Assembly (NCBI GenBank): GCA_043821645.1
Contig: JBDRCO010000068.1
Coordinates: 32,001 to 96,000, forward strand
Length of the DNA stretch: 64,000 nt
Source: Pseudomonadota bacterium
GTDB taxonomy: Bacteria > Myxococcota > JACRCW01 > JAFGSX01
Direction: 5' to 3'
The translations under genes and the position numbers were made by a program. Shown here piece by piece: positions 29,701 through 42,017 of this stretch (positions are counted from its first letter, which is position 1; each line of letters starts with the position of its first letter). The notes beneath the pieces were generated by a model. That model had not been told where the DNA came from and ran no database searches. It saw nothing but the letters and a program-made list of their open reading frames with translations.

Positions 29701-30633
29701 ATGCCTGAGCTGGGCAGCTACAGGGCCTGCGGCAAGGCCATCATCATGGGCGAGCATGCCGTGGTGTACGGCGTGCCAGCCCTGGCCATGCCCGTGCCTC
29801 TGGATTTGCAGGTCACGGTGAGCAACGGCCTGCGCAAGGGCCCCGTGCTCAGCGCGCCAGCCTGGAACGTGAAGGTTCGCCTTGGCGACCGACGGCCGGC
29901 CACCCGCCAGCTCGAGGCCGCTCTGGCGCGGGTCTACGAGCTCAACCCCGGGGCTCCGCGCGAGCTCATGCTCGAGATCGCGTCCCGTATCCCGCGCAGT
30001 GCTGGGTTGGGGTCCTCGGCCGCTCTGTCAGTGGCTCTCGTCCGGACTCTCGCCGGGGTCTCCAGAAAGCGCCTGACGCGTAACGAAGAGATCAGGCAGG
30101 CCATGGAGATAGAGCGGGTCTTTCATGGGAATCCTTCGGGTGTGGACCACAGTGTGGTGGCACTCGAGAAGGCCATCCTGTTCCGCAAGGGTGCCCGCGC
30201 CGTCACCCCCCTCAAGCTCGGGTGTAACTTTAAGTTTGTGGTCGCAACTGTCGGCCAGCACGGCGGAACCGTGCATCGTGTGCAGGCCCTGGCCGAGCGC
30301 CGGCAGCGCCTCCCCGAGGCCTATGCCGAGCTGTTTGCCTTCATTGCCAAGCTGGTGCGCCGGGCGACCCGGGCTCTGGCCGAGGGCGACGCGCAGGCTC
30401 TGGGAACGCTTCTGGATCTCAACCAAGGCGCGCTCAATGCATTGGGCGTGTCCTCTCCAGAACTTGAAAAAGCCATTGATATCGCACGTAAAGCTGGCGC
30501 ACTCGGCGCCAAGCTGAGCGGTGCAGGGGGCGGCGGCGCCATGATCGCCCTGTGCGACCGCAACGTGAACAAGGTTGTTCGAGCCCTTAGTAGCGCAGGT
30601 TGTCCTGCATTTATCTCGACGTTATATGCCTGA
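29701..30633 (+). CDS. mvk: Mevalonate kinase
   Basis: GKAIIMGEHAVVYG, IPRSAGLGSSAA, HGNPSGVD, GAKLSGAGGGG. Confidence 0.94.
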   Translation: MPELGSYRACGKAIIMGEHAVVYGVPALAMPVPLDLQVTVSNGLRKGPVLSAPAWNVKVRLGDRRPATRQLEAALARVYELNPGAPRELMLEIASRIPRSAGLGSSAALSVALVRTLAGVSRKRLTRNEEIRQAMEIERVFHGNPSGVDHSVVALEKAILFRKGARAVTPLKLGCNFKFVVATVGQHGGTVHRVQALAERRQRLPEAYAELFAFIAKLVRRATRALAEGDAQALGTLLDLNQGALNALGVSSPELEKAIDIARKAGALGAKLSGAGGGGAMIALCDRNVNKVVRALSSAGCPAFISTLYA

Positions 30634-30661
30634 GCACCAGGGGACTGAAAGAGGTTTTGCC

Positions 30662-30976
30662 ATGCCACTGAACATGCTCAAGGGGATGACACCCATGCTT
30701 GGCGACAGCCCGCTTGTCAGCCTCGATATCAATGATCTCCCGTACTTGTGGACAGCACGCCTGGTTCGCCTGAGCCACAATCTGTATCGCTTCGCGGTGC
30801 GTGAGAGCGCCACGGTGCTCGAGCGCATCGCGGATTCGCCAGAGGTCAAGGTGCTCCTGCGCGATGACCTGCACGGTGTGGTCAAGGCACTGACCGCGCG
30901 CGTGCGCGTGCTCGCCGAGCAGGACCCGCTGAGCCCCGGCAAGGTCCTGATCGAGCTCGCCTTCGATCCGGCCTGA
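30662..30976 (+). CDS. Small hypothetical protein
   Basis: GAGG RBS; 104-aa ORF with host-like codon usage in its 3' part. Confidence 0.6.
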   Translation: MPLNMLKGMTPMLGDSPLVSLDINDLPYLWTARLVRLSHNLYRFAVRESATVLERIADSPEVKVLLRDDLHGVVKALTARVRVLAEQDPLSPGKVLIELAFDPA

Positions 30977-31135
30977 TCTGGGCTGCTCGCGACGGCACGA
31001 TCTCCGCCGCGCCTGACGCTTGGTTGCTCAGTCACCAGGCGGGGCCGCAGACCTGGGGCGTTCAGACTTCCCCACCACCAGGACATTCCCGGCCTGCATG
31101 CTGCCACGCAGGGGCACAGCGCGTCGGCGATCGCA

Positions 31136-32812
31136 TCACGATCGGGGTTTGCGGCCACGCGACCGAGCTGGCGGAGCGGCCCCGGAGCGCTGGGTCGGGG
31201 CGGGTGGTTGCTCGACCTGAGTCGGCGCCTCGAAGATGGAAGCCTTCGAATTTCTTGCGGGCTTTGGCGGTCCCTGGGCAGGGACGGAGGTCCGGGTTCT
31301 GGTGCCGCGCGGTACAGTGTTCTCCTCCGCCAGCACAGCGGCCAGGGCCGCTGGCCTGCGCGCGGCCTGGGTTACACCATCGCGTGGGGGCTGGGTGTCT
31401 GGCGGCGAACTGTCCGCGTCCACCTGGAGACGGTCCATGGGGACGGTGGGAGCGATCCAGTACGCGTCGCTGTCGTCGAGCTCGCCAGGTCTGTGCCCGG
31501 TGCCGTGCACGGCCTCGCTGACGCTGCGCTGTCGCACTGCGCTGTGTCCCTGTCGCCCTGGTCTGTGCACGCGCTCGGTGGTTTCGAGAACCGGGCTTTC
31601 GGGCATCACGGGCTCCAGCTCGGTGATCTCGTCGTGCGCGACCGGGGGATCCAGGACGACGCGCAGCGGGGGCCTGGCCGCCTCGCGTCGGGTGGCCTCG
31701 CGAACCAGCTCCGCCACGGGTCGGTTGGCCAGGGCGGTGGCGTTCAGTGCGTCGCGATCCATGCGCACCGAGATCTCCTCACCCGCAGGGTCCGCCGCCT
31801 CGGCAGCCCAGCTGAAGACCGGGGCTTTGCCTGGCGTGGTGGTCTCCTCGGCGAGCAAGGCGGCGACGAAGGAGGTCTGCTCGGCGTGGCGATTGGCGGT
31901 GAGTTCGTGCACCAGGCTGCTGAGCCGCGGCTGCAGGGTCTCGAGGCCGCCGTCCACGAAGTGTCTGAGCACGGCCGCCAGTTCCGCTGCGCTGCCAAAT
32001 CGATCCTGGGGCCGCGCCGCCATGGCCTTGAGCACCACCTTCTCCAGCGCCGGCGGGTAATCGGGGACGTACGCCGACGGTTTCAGGATCGCGTGCGCGA
32101 CGATCTGCCGCATCAGGTCCGCGGTGTTGTCCCAGGTCAGGGGCGGCCGGCCCACGGTGACGTGGTAGAGCATCACGCCGAGCTGGTAGATGTCGGTGGC
32201 CGGCGTGACCTCTCCGATCCGGATCTGCTCCGGGGCGAGGTATGCCGGCGTGCCCTTGAGCTGCCCGGCCCTGGTCTCGGTGAGGCGGCCGCTGGCCTTG
32301 GCAATGCCGAAGTCCAGGATCTTCACCTCGCCACGGTACGAGACCACCACGTTGGCCAGGGTCACGTCGCGGTGTATCACCGGGGCCGGCTGACCCTGGG
32401 CGTTGCGTTGACCATGTGCGTGGGCGAGGGCATCGGCCACGCAGGCGCCAATGTAGATGGCCAGCGAGGCCGGAAACTGTCTGCCCCGGACCGTGCACAG
32501 CCTGGTCAGCGCCGCCAGGGATTCGCCCCAGACGTACTCCATCGCCATGAAGGAGCGGCCGTCGACGTCGCCAGAGTCGCGGACCTTGATGATGCCGGGA
32601 TGGTCGAGGCGGCGGATCACCCTGTCCTCGTCGATGAACATCTCGCAGAACTCGCGGTTGGACAGCAGGTCCTCGCGCAGCCTCTTGATGACCACGAGTT
32701 CGTGGCCAGGAGAGGCCGTCCTGTCCACCGCCAAAAAGATCTCGGCCATGCCGCCCGTGGCCAGGCGGTGCAGCAGCCGGTAATTTCCAAACCGGGGGTT
32801 CTCTCGCTTCAT
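31136..32812 (-). CDS. Ser/Thr protein kinase with low-complexity C-terminal tail
   Basis: LATGGMAEIF, VIK, HRDVTLAN, DFG, GTPAYLAPEQ, TDIYQLG. Confidence 0.94.
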   Translation of the reverse strand: MKRENPRFGNYRLLHRLATGGMAEIFLAVDRTASPGHELVVIKRLREDLLSNREFCEMFIDEDRVIRRLDHPGIIKVRDSGDVDGRSFMAMEYVWGESLAALTRLCTVRGRQFPASLAIYIGACVADALAHAHGQRNAQGQPAPVIHRDVTLANVVVSYRGEVKILDFGIAKASGRLTETRAGQLKGTPAYLAPEQIRIGEVTPATDIYQLGVMLYHVTVGRPPLTWDNTADLMRQIVAHAILKPSAYVPDYPPALEKVVLKAMAARPQDRFGSAAELAAVLRHFVDGGLETLQPRLSSLVHELTANRHAEQTSFVAALLAEETTTPGKAPVFSWAAEAADPAGEEISVRMDRDALNATALANRPVAELVREATRREAARPPLRVVLDPPVAHDEITELEPVMPESPVLETTERVHRPGRQGHSAVRQRSVSEAVHGTGHRPGELDDSDAYWIAPTVPMDRLQVDADSSPPDTQPPRDGVTQAARRPAALAAVLAEENTVPRGTRTRTSVPAQGPPKPARNSKASIFEAPTQVEQPPAPTQRSGAAPPARSRGRKPRS

Positions 32813-32869
32813 TGCTTGGTCAGAGTCCTTGGGGAACGCAGCGCAGGGCGCGCACGATAGGGTGCAGGG

Positions 32870-33961
32870 TCACGAACTCGTATCGGCGCTACCGTCCTGG
32901 GTGGCCGGCTGGGACGGAGGCGCGGGCACTGTTGGAATAGAAATATCTGGAGTTACGGGTTTTTCTGGCTCCTCTGGGAGGCTCAGAAGCCCCATGACGC
33001 CGCTGCCGGTGATGCCTACGCCGAGCGCTGTGATGCCCGCCCCGAGGAGCGCGCCAAGGAGCGAGGTCCCGGTGGTGTTGTTGCCAGGAAGCAACATCAC
33101 GACGATGGTGCCCAGCCCGCCCAGGATGCAGGGCGTGCCCGCCGCGCTCAGGCAGATGCCCCAGATCAGGCTCGAGGTGTGATCCGATTCCCATTTCTGG
33201 TGTGCGAACTCGTAGTTGCGCAGGGCCAGGGTGGGGTCGAGTTCCAGGTTGACCTCGACGATGGTGTCCTGGGCTGGCACCACCGTGACCTGGGATTGAT
33301 GGGTGGAGTAGTCGCGGTGGGTCACCTGCAATTCGTAGCTCCCGGCGCCGAGCTTGGGCAGCTTGAGCGGGGTCTCGCCCACCTTGCGCCCTGCAAGCGT
33401 GACCGCGCAGTGGCTGGGCACGCTGCGCACGATGAGCGTCCCCGTGGCGCCTTTGGCCACGCCCTGGCCCGGGGTGCTGGGCTCCGGCGGCACGGCCTTG
33501 AACAGCTCGACAACCAGATCCGGGAGCGCGCTCAGGAGCTGGTCCTCGTCGGCGGGCACCTGGCGCGCGGCCCGGGCCAGCACGCGTGCGTGCTTGACGT
33601 CGAACAGCTTGAGCGTGATCAGGTACTGCGAGCCGATGCGCGACACGGTGCCGGTGAGCATGCGCTGCACGCCCAAGGCGCCACCTATCTCGGCCACGCA
33701 GGAGGCGTCGTCCTCGCATTGCAGGAGCTGCTTCGATTGTTCCAAGGAGAGCAGGGACTTGATATCCGACGATCCGATGCACTCGCCCAGACCCAGGCCC
33801 TGGACCTTGGCCATGAGCAGCTCGCTCAGGCCGCGGGTGACTCCCGGGTCGACCTTCTTGCCCGCGACCAGATCCAGCACGGCAATGCGCTCGGCCGCCG
33901 GCGCGGTGGCACCCAGGAGAAGTGTCGTGCAAAAAGTGGCCAGGGCCACAACGTGGCGCAT
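32870..33961 (-). CDS. PEGA-domain protein with N-terminal CsgG-like domain and C-terminal TM helices
   Basis: Signal peptide; [48 protein letters not shown]. Confidence 0.85.
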   Translation of the reverse strand: MRHVVALATFCTTLLLGATAPAAERIAVLDLVAGKKVDPGVTRGLSELLMAKVQGLGLGECIGSSDIKSLLSLEQSKQLLQCEDDASCVAEIGGALGVQRMLTGTVSRIGSQYLITLKLFDVKHARVLARAARQVPADEDQLLSALPDLVVELFKAVPPEPSTPGQGVAKGATGTLIVRSVPSHCAVTLAGRKVGETPLKLPKLGAGSYELQVTHRDYSTHQSQVTVVPAQDTIVEVNLELDPTLALRNYEFAHQKWESDHTSSLIWGICLSAAGTPCILGGLGTIVVMLLPGNNTTGTSLLGALLGAGITALGVGITGSGVMGLLSLPEEPEKPVTPDISIPTVPAPPSQPATQDGSADTSS

Positions 33962-34093
33962 GTCGAACCTCACAGCGTCCCACCCGCCAGACTGACCGTG
34001 CATTGTCGCCGCAGCGGTGGCCTTGGATCAAGAGACCCGATGGGTCCACTTTCGAGAAAAGGAGTCACCACCGTCCCCCGGCACGACGAGCTG

Positions 34094-34122
34094 TTGACAG
34101 GCTCCGTGCAGACCAGTAGAAA
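34094..34122 (+). promoter_or_regulatory. sigma70 promoter of rpsO-pnp
   Basis: TTGACA-N17-TAGAAA. Confidence 0.75.
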
Positions 34123-34165
34123 GCCACGTCTTTTTTGTACTAACCCCTTTCTGGAGGAAGCGGAG

Positions 34166-34435
34166 ATGACCCTCGCTCTGGATTGGAAGCAGACCCAGAT
34201 CACCCAGCACCGCCGTCACGACAGCGACACCGGCTCGCCCGAGGTCCAGATCGCGCTGCTCAGCACGCGCATCAGCCACCTCACCGAGCACTTCAAGATC
34301 CACACCAAGGACCATCACTCTCGTCGTGGCTTGCTCAAGCTGGTGAGCCAGCGTCGCAGCTTGCTGGACTACCTGCGCCGCAAGGACGTGACGCGCTACC
34401 GCGCGATCATCGAGACCCTCGGCATCCGCAAGTAG
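34166..34435 (+). CDS. rpsO: 30S ribosomal protein S15
   Basis: [32 protein letters not shown]; 89 aa. Confidence 0.98.
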   Translation: MTLALDWKQTQITQHRRHDSDTGSPEVQIALLSTRISHLTEHFKIHTKDHHSRRGLLKLVSQRRSLLDYLRRKDVTRYRAIIETLGIRK

Positions 34436-34457
34436 TCGCGGGCGCCGGCGCACGATT

Positions 34458-34487
34458 TCTCCCCGCTGGCGAGTGCTGGCGGGGAGA
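34458..34487 (+). other. Stable hairpin in the rpsO-pnp spacer (terminator or processing stem)
   Basis: TCTCCCCGCTGGC-GAGT-GCTGGCGGGGAGA, a 13-bp stem with G-U pairs and no clear U-tract. Confidence 0.55.
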
Positions 34488-34679
34488 CGCCGCCGGGCGA
34501 GCGTCCGGTGGCCCCGGGGGCGCTGCGCGCGTCCCTGGCAATGCCGACCCCCTGGCCGCGGGGGCGGAAGAATGTGGCATGGTGGCACGTCCCGTTGCCG
34601 GCATCCCTCATTTTTCCTCTCCCGTCCCAGCCGGTCCCCACAAGCACGGTCTCGCCGAGACCGCTGCACCGGAGTATCC

Positions 34680-36833
<2,154 letters not shown>

Positions 36834-36849
36834 AGAGCTGCCCTGGATC

Positions 36850-38121
36850 ATGACCACGTCATCGACAGCGCGCGACGTGGTGTGGCCCTGCGTGGACCTG
36901 GGGGGAACCTCCCTGCGCCTGTTGATGGTGCGGCCGGCGGCCCGGGCCTACGGGGGCGAGGTGGTCGTGCGCCTCGAGGAGCGAACGCCCCGGGGCCTCG
37001 AGGGGCTGCTGCAGGCGCTGCGCGCCACTCTGCAGCGAGGGCGCGAGCAAGCGCAGCAGCTCGGCTGTCGAGTGGTGCCCGCCCTGGCCCTGGGCACACC
37101 CGGCCGCTACCAGCGCGGGCCCGACGGCCGGCGCCGCATCGCGCCGTACTCAGCCACCAGTCTCGAGGACCATCCCGGCGAGTTTCACGACCTGGATCTG
37201 CTCGCAGCCCTGAGCCAGAGTCTCGAGATGCCCGAGGACTGTCTGTTCGTGGACAACGATGCCGTGGTCCAGGGGCTGGCCCTGGTGCAACAGCTCCTCG
37301 AAGGGAGCGCGCGCGCGAGCTATCTGGGCGAGCGCGTGGTGTGCATCAACCCTGGCACCGGTCTGGGCGGGTGCGTGGCCGAGGTCAGCGCGGACGGCGA
37401 GGTGCAGGTCTTCACCGACGGCCACGTGTCGGAGATCAGCCTGCACCCCCTGACTCACGGCGGCAGTGTTGGCGAGCTGCAGGTGCACCTCACCACCACC
37501 GCCGACGCCAGCTCGCTGTGGCTGCACGTCGACGACGGTGAGAATACCCGGGAGCTGTCGCTGGCCACGCCCGCAGGGAAGCAGGCCGAGGACCTGATCG
37601 CGGGCACCGGCGTGGCGCGTATCGTCGCCGGTCTCGACCGGCTGCTTGGTCTCGACGCCGAACAGGGGCCCCTGCAACGTGCCGCCGCGCAGCTGGGTCT
37701 GGGACCTCGGTCGCTCGGAGGGCCGCTGGTGAGCCGTTGTCTCGAGTTCAACCCCACGACACCCGAGCAGGAGCTGGCGCGCGACGCGGCGATCTGGATC
37801 GCGGACCTCACGGCGGCAGCACTGCTCAAACTCATGCACGTGCTCCGAGACGGAACTCCACGCAAGACGCCGCGCTTTGACACCTGGCCGGCCGCCGACG
37901 TCGAGCGCATCCGCGGTGTGCGGCGCTTCGTGATCGGGGGTGGCATCGCGCGCCATTCCCTGGGTGGCCACATGGTCCAGGTCGCCCAGGAGGCCTGGGC
38001 CTCCGCAGCAAAGGAGGTGACCGTGCACGCACCGGATCAGAGCGGTGACGCCGGCGCCCTGGGCGCGCTTTTCCTGGTGAGTCCGGTGCGGCGACTTGAA
38101 CTCGAGGCTCTGGCGTCCTAG
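36850..38121 (+). CDS. Divergent ROK-family (sugar-kinase-like) protein
   Basis: VDLGGT, VDNDAVVQG, PGTGLGG, AEDLIAGTG, VIGGGIA, AGALGA. Confidence 0.75.
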   Translation: MTTSSTARDVVWPCVDLGGTSLRLLMVRPAARAYGGEVVVRLEERTPRGLEGLLQALRATLQRGREQAQQLGCRVVPALALGTPGRYQRGPDGRRRIAPYSATSLEDHPGEFHDLDLLAALSQSLEMPEDCLFVDNDAVVQGLALVQQLLEGSARASYLGERVVCINPGTGLGGCVAEVSADGEVQVFTDGHVSEISLHPLTHGGSVGELQVHLTTTADASSLWLHVDDGENTRELSLATPAGKQAEDLIAGTGVARIVAGLDRLLGLDAEQGPLQRAAAQLGLGPRSLGGPLVSRCLEFNPTTPEQELARDAAIWIADLTAAALLKLMHVLRDGTPRKTPRFDTWPAADVERIRGVRRFVIGGGIARHSLGGHMVQVAQEAWASAAKEVTVHAPDQSGDAGALGALFLVSPVRRLELEALAS

Positions 38122-38246
38122 GTCTCACTCCCCCCTTTGGTCGCTGATATATTGTCCATAATTTTTCGATATTCGACCTGCTGGAAGGCTGGATCTCCAC
38201 ACATTCGGGCGCTACATACGCTCCCGAAGTGAGCCGAGGAGCACGC

Positions 38247-39467
38247 ATGCCAATGAAGAGTTCTCGCCAGCGGGCCTGGATCGTCCTCGCGCTGATCGCG
38301 CTGCTGATCGTGGTGGGGCTGGTCGTCCGCAGTGCATTCGGTCCCGCGGTGAAGGTGTCCAGGATCTCCCGCGCCGAGCTGACGCAGACCCTGGTGGCCA
38401 ATGGCAAGGTGCTGGCACCCGCCAAGGTACAGATCGGCACCACCCTGCTGGGTGTGGTGGATCACGTCGACGTGGAGGAGGGCCAGCAGATCAAGAAGGG
38501 TGCCTTGCTGCTGCAACTCCACCATGAGGAGATGCTGGCCCAGGTGGAGCAAGCCAAGGCCGGGGTCGCCGCCGCGCAGATTCGCCTCGAGCAGGTGCGC
38601 GCGGTGCGGGCGCCGGTCGCAGCGCAGGAGATGAAGCAGGCACAGATCTCCGTCGACCAGGCCCAGACCCAGTTCGAACGTCTGGCGGATCTGATGCAGA
38701 AGGGCGCCACCACCAGGGTCGATTTCGACAAGGCCCAGACAGATCTGGAGCTGGCGCGGAGCCGCTACCTGGGTGCCTCGCTGCAAGCAGCCAACACCTC
38801 GTCGGCGGGTATCGAGTATCGACTCGCGCTGGCGGCCCTGAGTCAGAGCCAGGCCAGCCTGGCCCAGGCCAATGCGCGACTGGCCGAGACCAGCGTGTCC
38901 GCACCCGCGGACAGTGTGGTCCTGGAGCGCAGGGTCGAGCCCGGTGATGTGGTTCAGCCTGGCAAGGTCTTGCTGGTTCTGGCGCGCCTGGGAGAAACCC
39001 AGGTCGAGGTCGCCTTCGACGAGGGCAATCTGGGATTGCTGAAGATCGGACAAAAGGCGCGGGTGGCGGCCGAGGCCTTTCTCCAGCAGCAGTTCGACGC
39101 CGAGCTGCGCTTCATCGCCCCGGCGGTGGACCCGCAACGCGGAACGGTGGACGTGCGTTTCGTGGTACCCACACCACCGTCCTTCCTGCTCACGGACATG
39201 ACCGCCACCGTCGACGTTGAGGTGGCGCGCCGGGCTGACGCGCTGGTGGTTCCTGCCAGGGCGGTGCGCGATGCCAGCAGCGGTGCGCCCTGGGTGCTGG
39301 TGCTGCGCGATGGCCACATCGAGCGCGTGGATGTGACCCTGGGCGTGCGCGGGGAGCTTTCGCTGGAGATCGTGCAAGGCCTCGAGTCCGAGGCCCTGGT
39401 GGTCACCGAGGGACAGCAGAGCCTGGTTCCGGGTCAGCGCGCGCGAGCGGTCGAAGAGGGGGCCTGA
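38247..39467 (+). CDS. Efflux periplasmic adaptor (MacA/HlyD family)
   Basis: N-terminal TM, VDVEEGQQIKKG, coiled hairpin, APADSVVL..VEPGDVVQPG, IAPAVDPQRGTV. Confidence 0.93.
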   Translation: MPMKSSRQRAWIVLALIALLIVVGLVVRSAFGPAVKVSRISRAELTQTLVANGKVLAPAKVQIGTTLLGVVDHVDVEEGQQIKKGALLLQLHHEEMLAQVEQAKAGVAAAQIRLEQVRAVRAPVAAQEMKQAQISVDQAQTQFERLADLMQKGATTRVDFDKAQTDLELARSRYLGASLQAANTSSAGIEYRLALAALSQSQASLAQANARLAETSVSAPADSVVLERRVEPGDVVQPGKVLLVLARLGETQVEVAFDEGNLGLLKIGQKARVAAEAFLQQQFDAELRFIAPAVDPQRGTVDVRFVVPTPPSFLLTDMTATVDVEVARRADALVVPARAVRDASSGAPWVLVLRDGHIERVDVTLGVRGELSLEIVQGLESEALVVTEGQQSLVPGQRARAVEEGA

Positions 39468-39469
39468 GC

Positions 39470-40684
39470 ATGCGCTTCACCTGGCTCATCGCCCTGCGTT
39501 TCCTGCGCGAGGGCCGTGCACAGACCCTGCTCATCGTGGGCGGCGTGTCGCTCGGCGTCGCGGTGATGGTCTTCCTGTCGTCTCTGATCAGCGGGTTGCA
39601 GCTCAATATCATCGCGCGCACCCTGGGTACGCAGGCGCACATCCTGGTGCGCATGCCCGATGACGGTGTGGGTTCGCTGCGCGGTTCCGACCCGTCGGTG
39701 GCGCCGGTGTTCGAGAAGCCGGCGCAGCGCCTGCGCACCATCGCCAGCTGGTCGCAGCAGGTCGACGCCATCCGCACGGTTCCGGGTGTGCGCGAGGTTT
39801 CGCCCTCGGTGGTGGGACCGGGCTTCGCCAGCCGGGGCAGTGCCGAGAAACCGGTGCAGCTCCGCGGCATCGATCCTGCCAGCTACGTGCGCATCGTGCC
39901 CGTCGACACCGCGATCCGTGAGGGGCGGCTGAGCCTCGATGGGACCCAGGCCCTCGTTGGCGCCGGACTGGCCAAGCTGCTCGGGGTCCAGGTGGGCGAT
40001 CGTCTGCGTCTGTCCAGCGCCAGTGGCGAGGGCTCGACCTTCACCATCAGCGGTGTGTTCGACCTGCAGAACCAGATCGTCAACGAGACCTGGGTCTTGC
40101 TGTCACTGCGAAGCGCCCAGACCCTGCTCGGACTCAGTGGCGACGTCACCGGCATCGAGGTCACGGTGGCCGAAATCTTTCAGGCGCGGAACATCGCCGA
40201 GGAGATCGCCCAGCGCACGGGCCTCACTGCCGAGAGCTGGATGCAGCTCAACGAGCAGCTCCTGGTGGCGCTTCGCTCCCAGAGCAGTTCGAGCGCCATG
40301 ATCCAGTTCTTCGTCGTCATGGCCGTGGCCCTGGGTATCGCCAGCGTGCTCATCGTGTCGGTGATCCAGAAATCGCGAGAGATCGGCATCCTCAAGGCCA
40401 TGGGTGCGCGCACCCGCGACGTGATGCGGGTGTTCTTGATCCAGGGCTTCCTCGTCGGCGCCGTGGGCTCGGCGGTCGGCATCGCCCTGGGGGTGGGGCT
40501 GATTCTTTTGTTTGCCGGTGCGGCGCGCAATCCAGATGGCTCGCCGCTGTTCGTGCTGGACCTTGGCCTGTCCCTGTTCGTGCGCGCAGCGGCCATCGCC
40601 TGCTTCACCGGCGTGGTGGCGGCGGTGGCCCCGGCTCGGCGGGCGGCACGGCTGGATCCGGCGGTGGTGATTCGCAATGGCTGA
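39470..40684 (+). CDS. ABC transporter permease (MacB/LolE/FtsX-like)
   Basis: [33 protein letters not shown]. Confidence 0.94.
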   Translation: MRFTWLIALRFLREGRAQTLLIVGGVSLGVAVMVFLSSLISGLQLNIIARTLGTQAHILVRMPDDGVGSLRGSDPSVAPVFEKPAQRLRTIASWSQQVDAIRTVPGVREVSPSVVGPGFASRGSAEKPVQLRGIDPASYVRIVPVDTAIREGRLSLDGTQALVGAGLAKLLGVQVGDRLRLSSASGEGSTFTISGVFDLQNQIVNETWVLLSLRSAQTLLGLSGDVTGIEVTVAEIFQARNIAEEIAQRTGLTAESWMQLNEQLLVALRSQSSSSAMIQFFVVMAVALGIASVLIVSVIQKSREIGILKAMGARTRDVMRVFLIQGFLVGAVGSAVGIALGVGLILLFAGAARNPDGSPLFVLDLGLSLFVRAAAIACFTGVVAAVAPARRAARLDPAVVIRNG

Positions 40685-41465
40685 ACCTGTTCTCGAGCTG
40701 AGCGGTGTGGTCAAGGAGTACGGCGAGGCCGTGATCACGCGCGTTTTGCATGGCCTCGACCTGCGCATCGAGCCCGGCGAGTTCGCGGCTCTCACCGGCC
40801 CCTCGGGTTCTGGCAAGAGCACCCTGCTCAACATCATGGGCCTGCTCGACCGACCCACCGAGGGCTCGGTCCGGGTGCGGGGTCAAGACATCTCCGTGCT
40901 CGACGACGACGAACTCGCGCAGCTGCGCGGCCGATCACTGGGCTTCGTGTTCCAGTTTCATCATCTGCTCGCGGCCTTCACAGCCCGCGAGAACATCTAC
41001 ATGCCGGTGCTGCTCGATCGGGGCCGCGTCGACCGCGCCATGGAACAACGCGCAGACGAACTGCTGGCTGCGGTGGGTTTGCAGGACAAGGCAGGACGGC
41101 GCGCCAGCCAACTCTCTGGTGGCCAGCAGCAACGCGTGGCGGTCGCCCGGGCGCTCGCTGTGGAACCAGCCCTGGTGCTCGCCGATGAGCCCACAGGCAA
41201 CCTCGACACCGAGACCGCGGATCAGATCTTCGACCTGCTGCGCGACATCAACAAGCAGCGAGGTACGGCTTTTCTCATCGTCACCCACGACCCCCGACTC
41301 GCCGACCGTTGCGATCGCATCATCAACCTGGTCGATGGTCGCATCGCGCGCGACCAGCGCGGCAGTCCGCAAGGTCCCTGCCGGGCCTGTGGCTTTGGTC
41401 CCTGTCTGCGTAGCGCATGCGTGCGCGCAGAGGATATTCCGCGCGCGCCGGCTGCGATCGGCTAG
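40677..41465 (+). CDS. ABC transporter ATP-binding subunit (LolD/MacB-like)
   Basis: [32 protein letters not shown]. Confidence 0.95.
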   Translation: MAEPVLELSGVVKEYGEAVITRVLHGLDLRIEPGEFAALTGPSGSGKSTLLNIMGLLDRPTEGSVRVRGQDISVLDDDELAQLRGRSLGFVFQFHHLLAAFTARENIYMPVLLDRGRVDRAMEQRADELLAAVGLQDKAGRRASQLSGGQQQRVAVARALAVEPALVLADEPTGNLDTETADQIFDLLRDINKQRGTAFLIVTHDPRLADRCDRIINLVDGRIARDQRGSPQGPCRACGFGPCLRSACVRAEDIPRAPAAIG

Positions 41466-41617
41466 ACCGATTTCAGGTGGAATCGTTCGAACGGTGTGGG
41501 GCGCAGGGGCAAGGCGATTTTTCGCAGCTTGCGAGAACAAAACGACTGCCCCGTCGCGGCGGCCCCACACCACGAGCTCCATGGCAGGCGAAATCGGTCA
41601 CGCAGGGGACACGTGGC

Positions 41618-42016
41618 TCAGGGACTCGTGCGGAAGCGTGTGCGGACGGTGGATCCCAGCTCCGCCGTGTCGATGCCTCGCAGGTTGTGCTCGATCACGA
41701 TCTCGTAGCTGGCTCCCGCATTCAGGACCTGCTCCGGCACCAGGGTCAGGCCGCGCTGATCCGCACTCACGATCTGTGCGCAAGGCAGGGCACTGGTGCC
41801 GCGCTCCAGGCGAACGGTGTCGCCATTGATCGTGCCGGTGTCCAGGGGTGCATTGAAACCCAGCTCGACGGTGATGCTGGTCGAGACCAGGGTCGCGCCG
41901 TGGTTCGGGGACACACTCGACAGCACCAGCGGCGGTGGCAGTTCAATGCTCGCGTCCCCACATCCGGCCAGCGCCAGGCCGCCAAGCACGAGTGCTGCCA
42001 TCCTGTGCCTTGTCAT
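41618..42016 (-). CDS. Lipoprotein with bacterial Ig-like (Big_5-type) domain
   Basis: LALAGC lipobox; SVSPNHGATLVS..ITVELGFNAPLD..L.P...L....Y...F.T. Confidence 0.8.
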   Translation of the reverse strand: MTRHRMAALVLGGLALAGCGDASIELPPPLVLSSVSPNHGATLVSTSITVELGFNAPLDTGTINGDTVRLERGTSALPCAQIVSADQRGLTLVPEQVLNAGASYEIVIEHNLRGIDTAELGSTVRTRFRTSP

Positions 42017-42017
42017 C

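Noticed and set aside
34583-34598. TGGCACG..TTGC sigma54-like element before pnp
   Set aside because: GG-to-GC spacing is 11, not the required 10.
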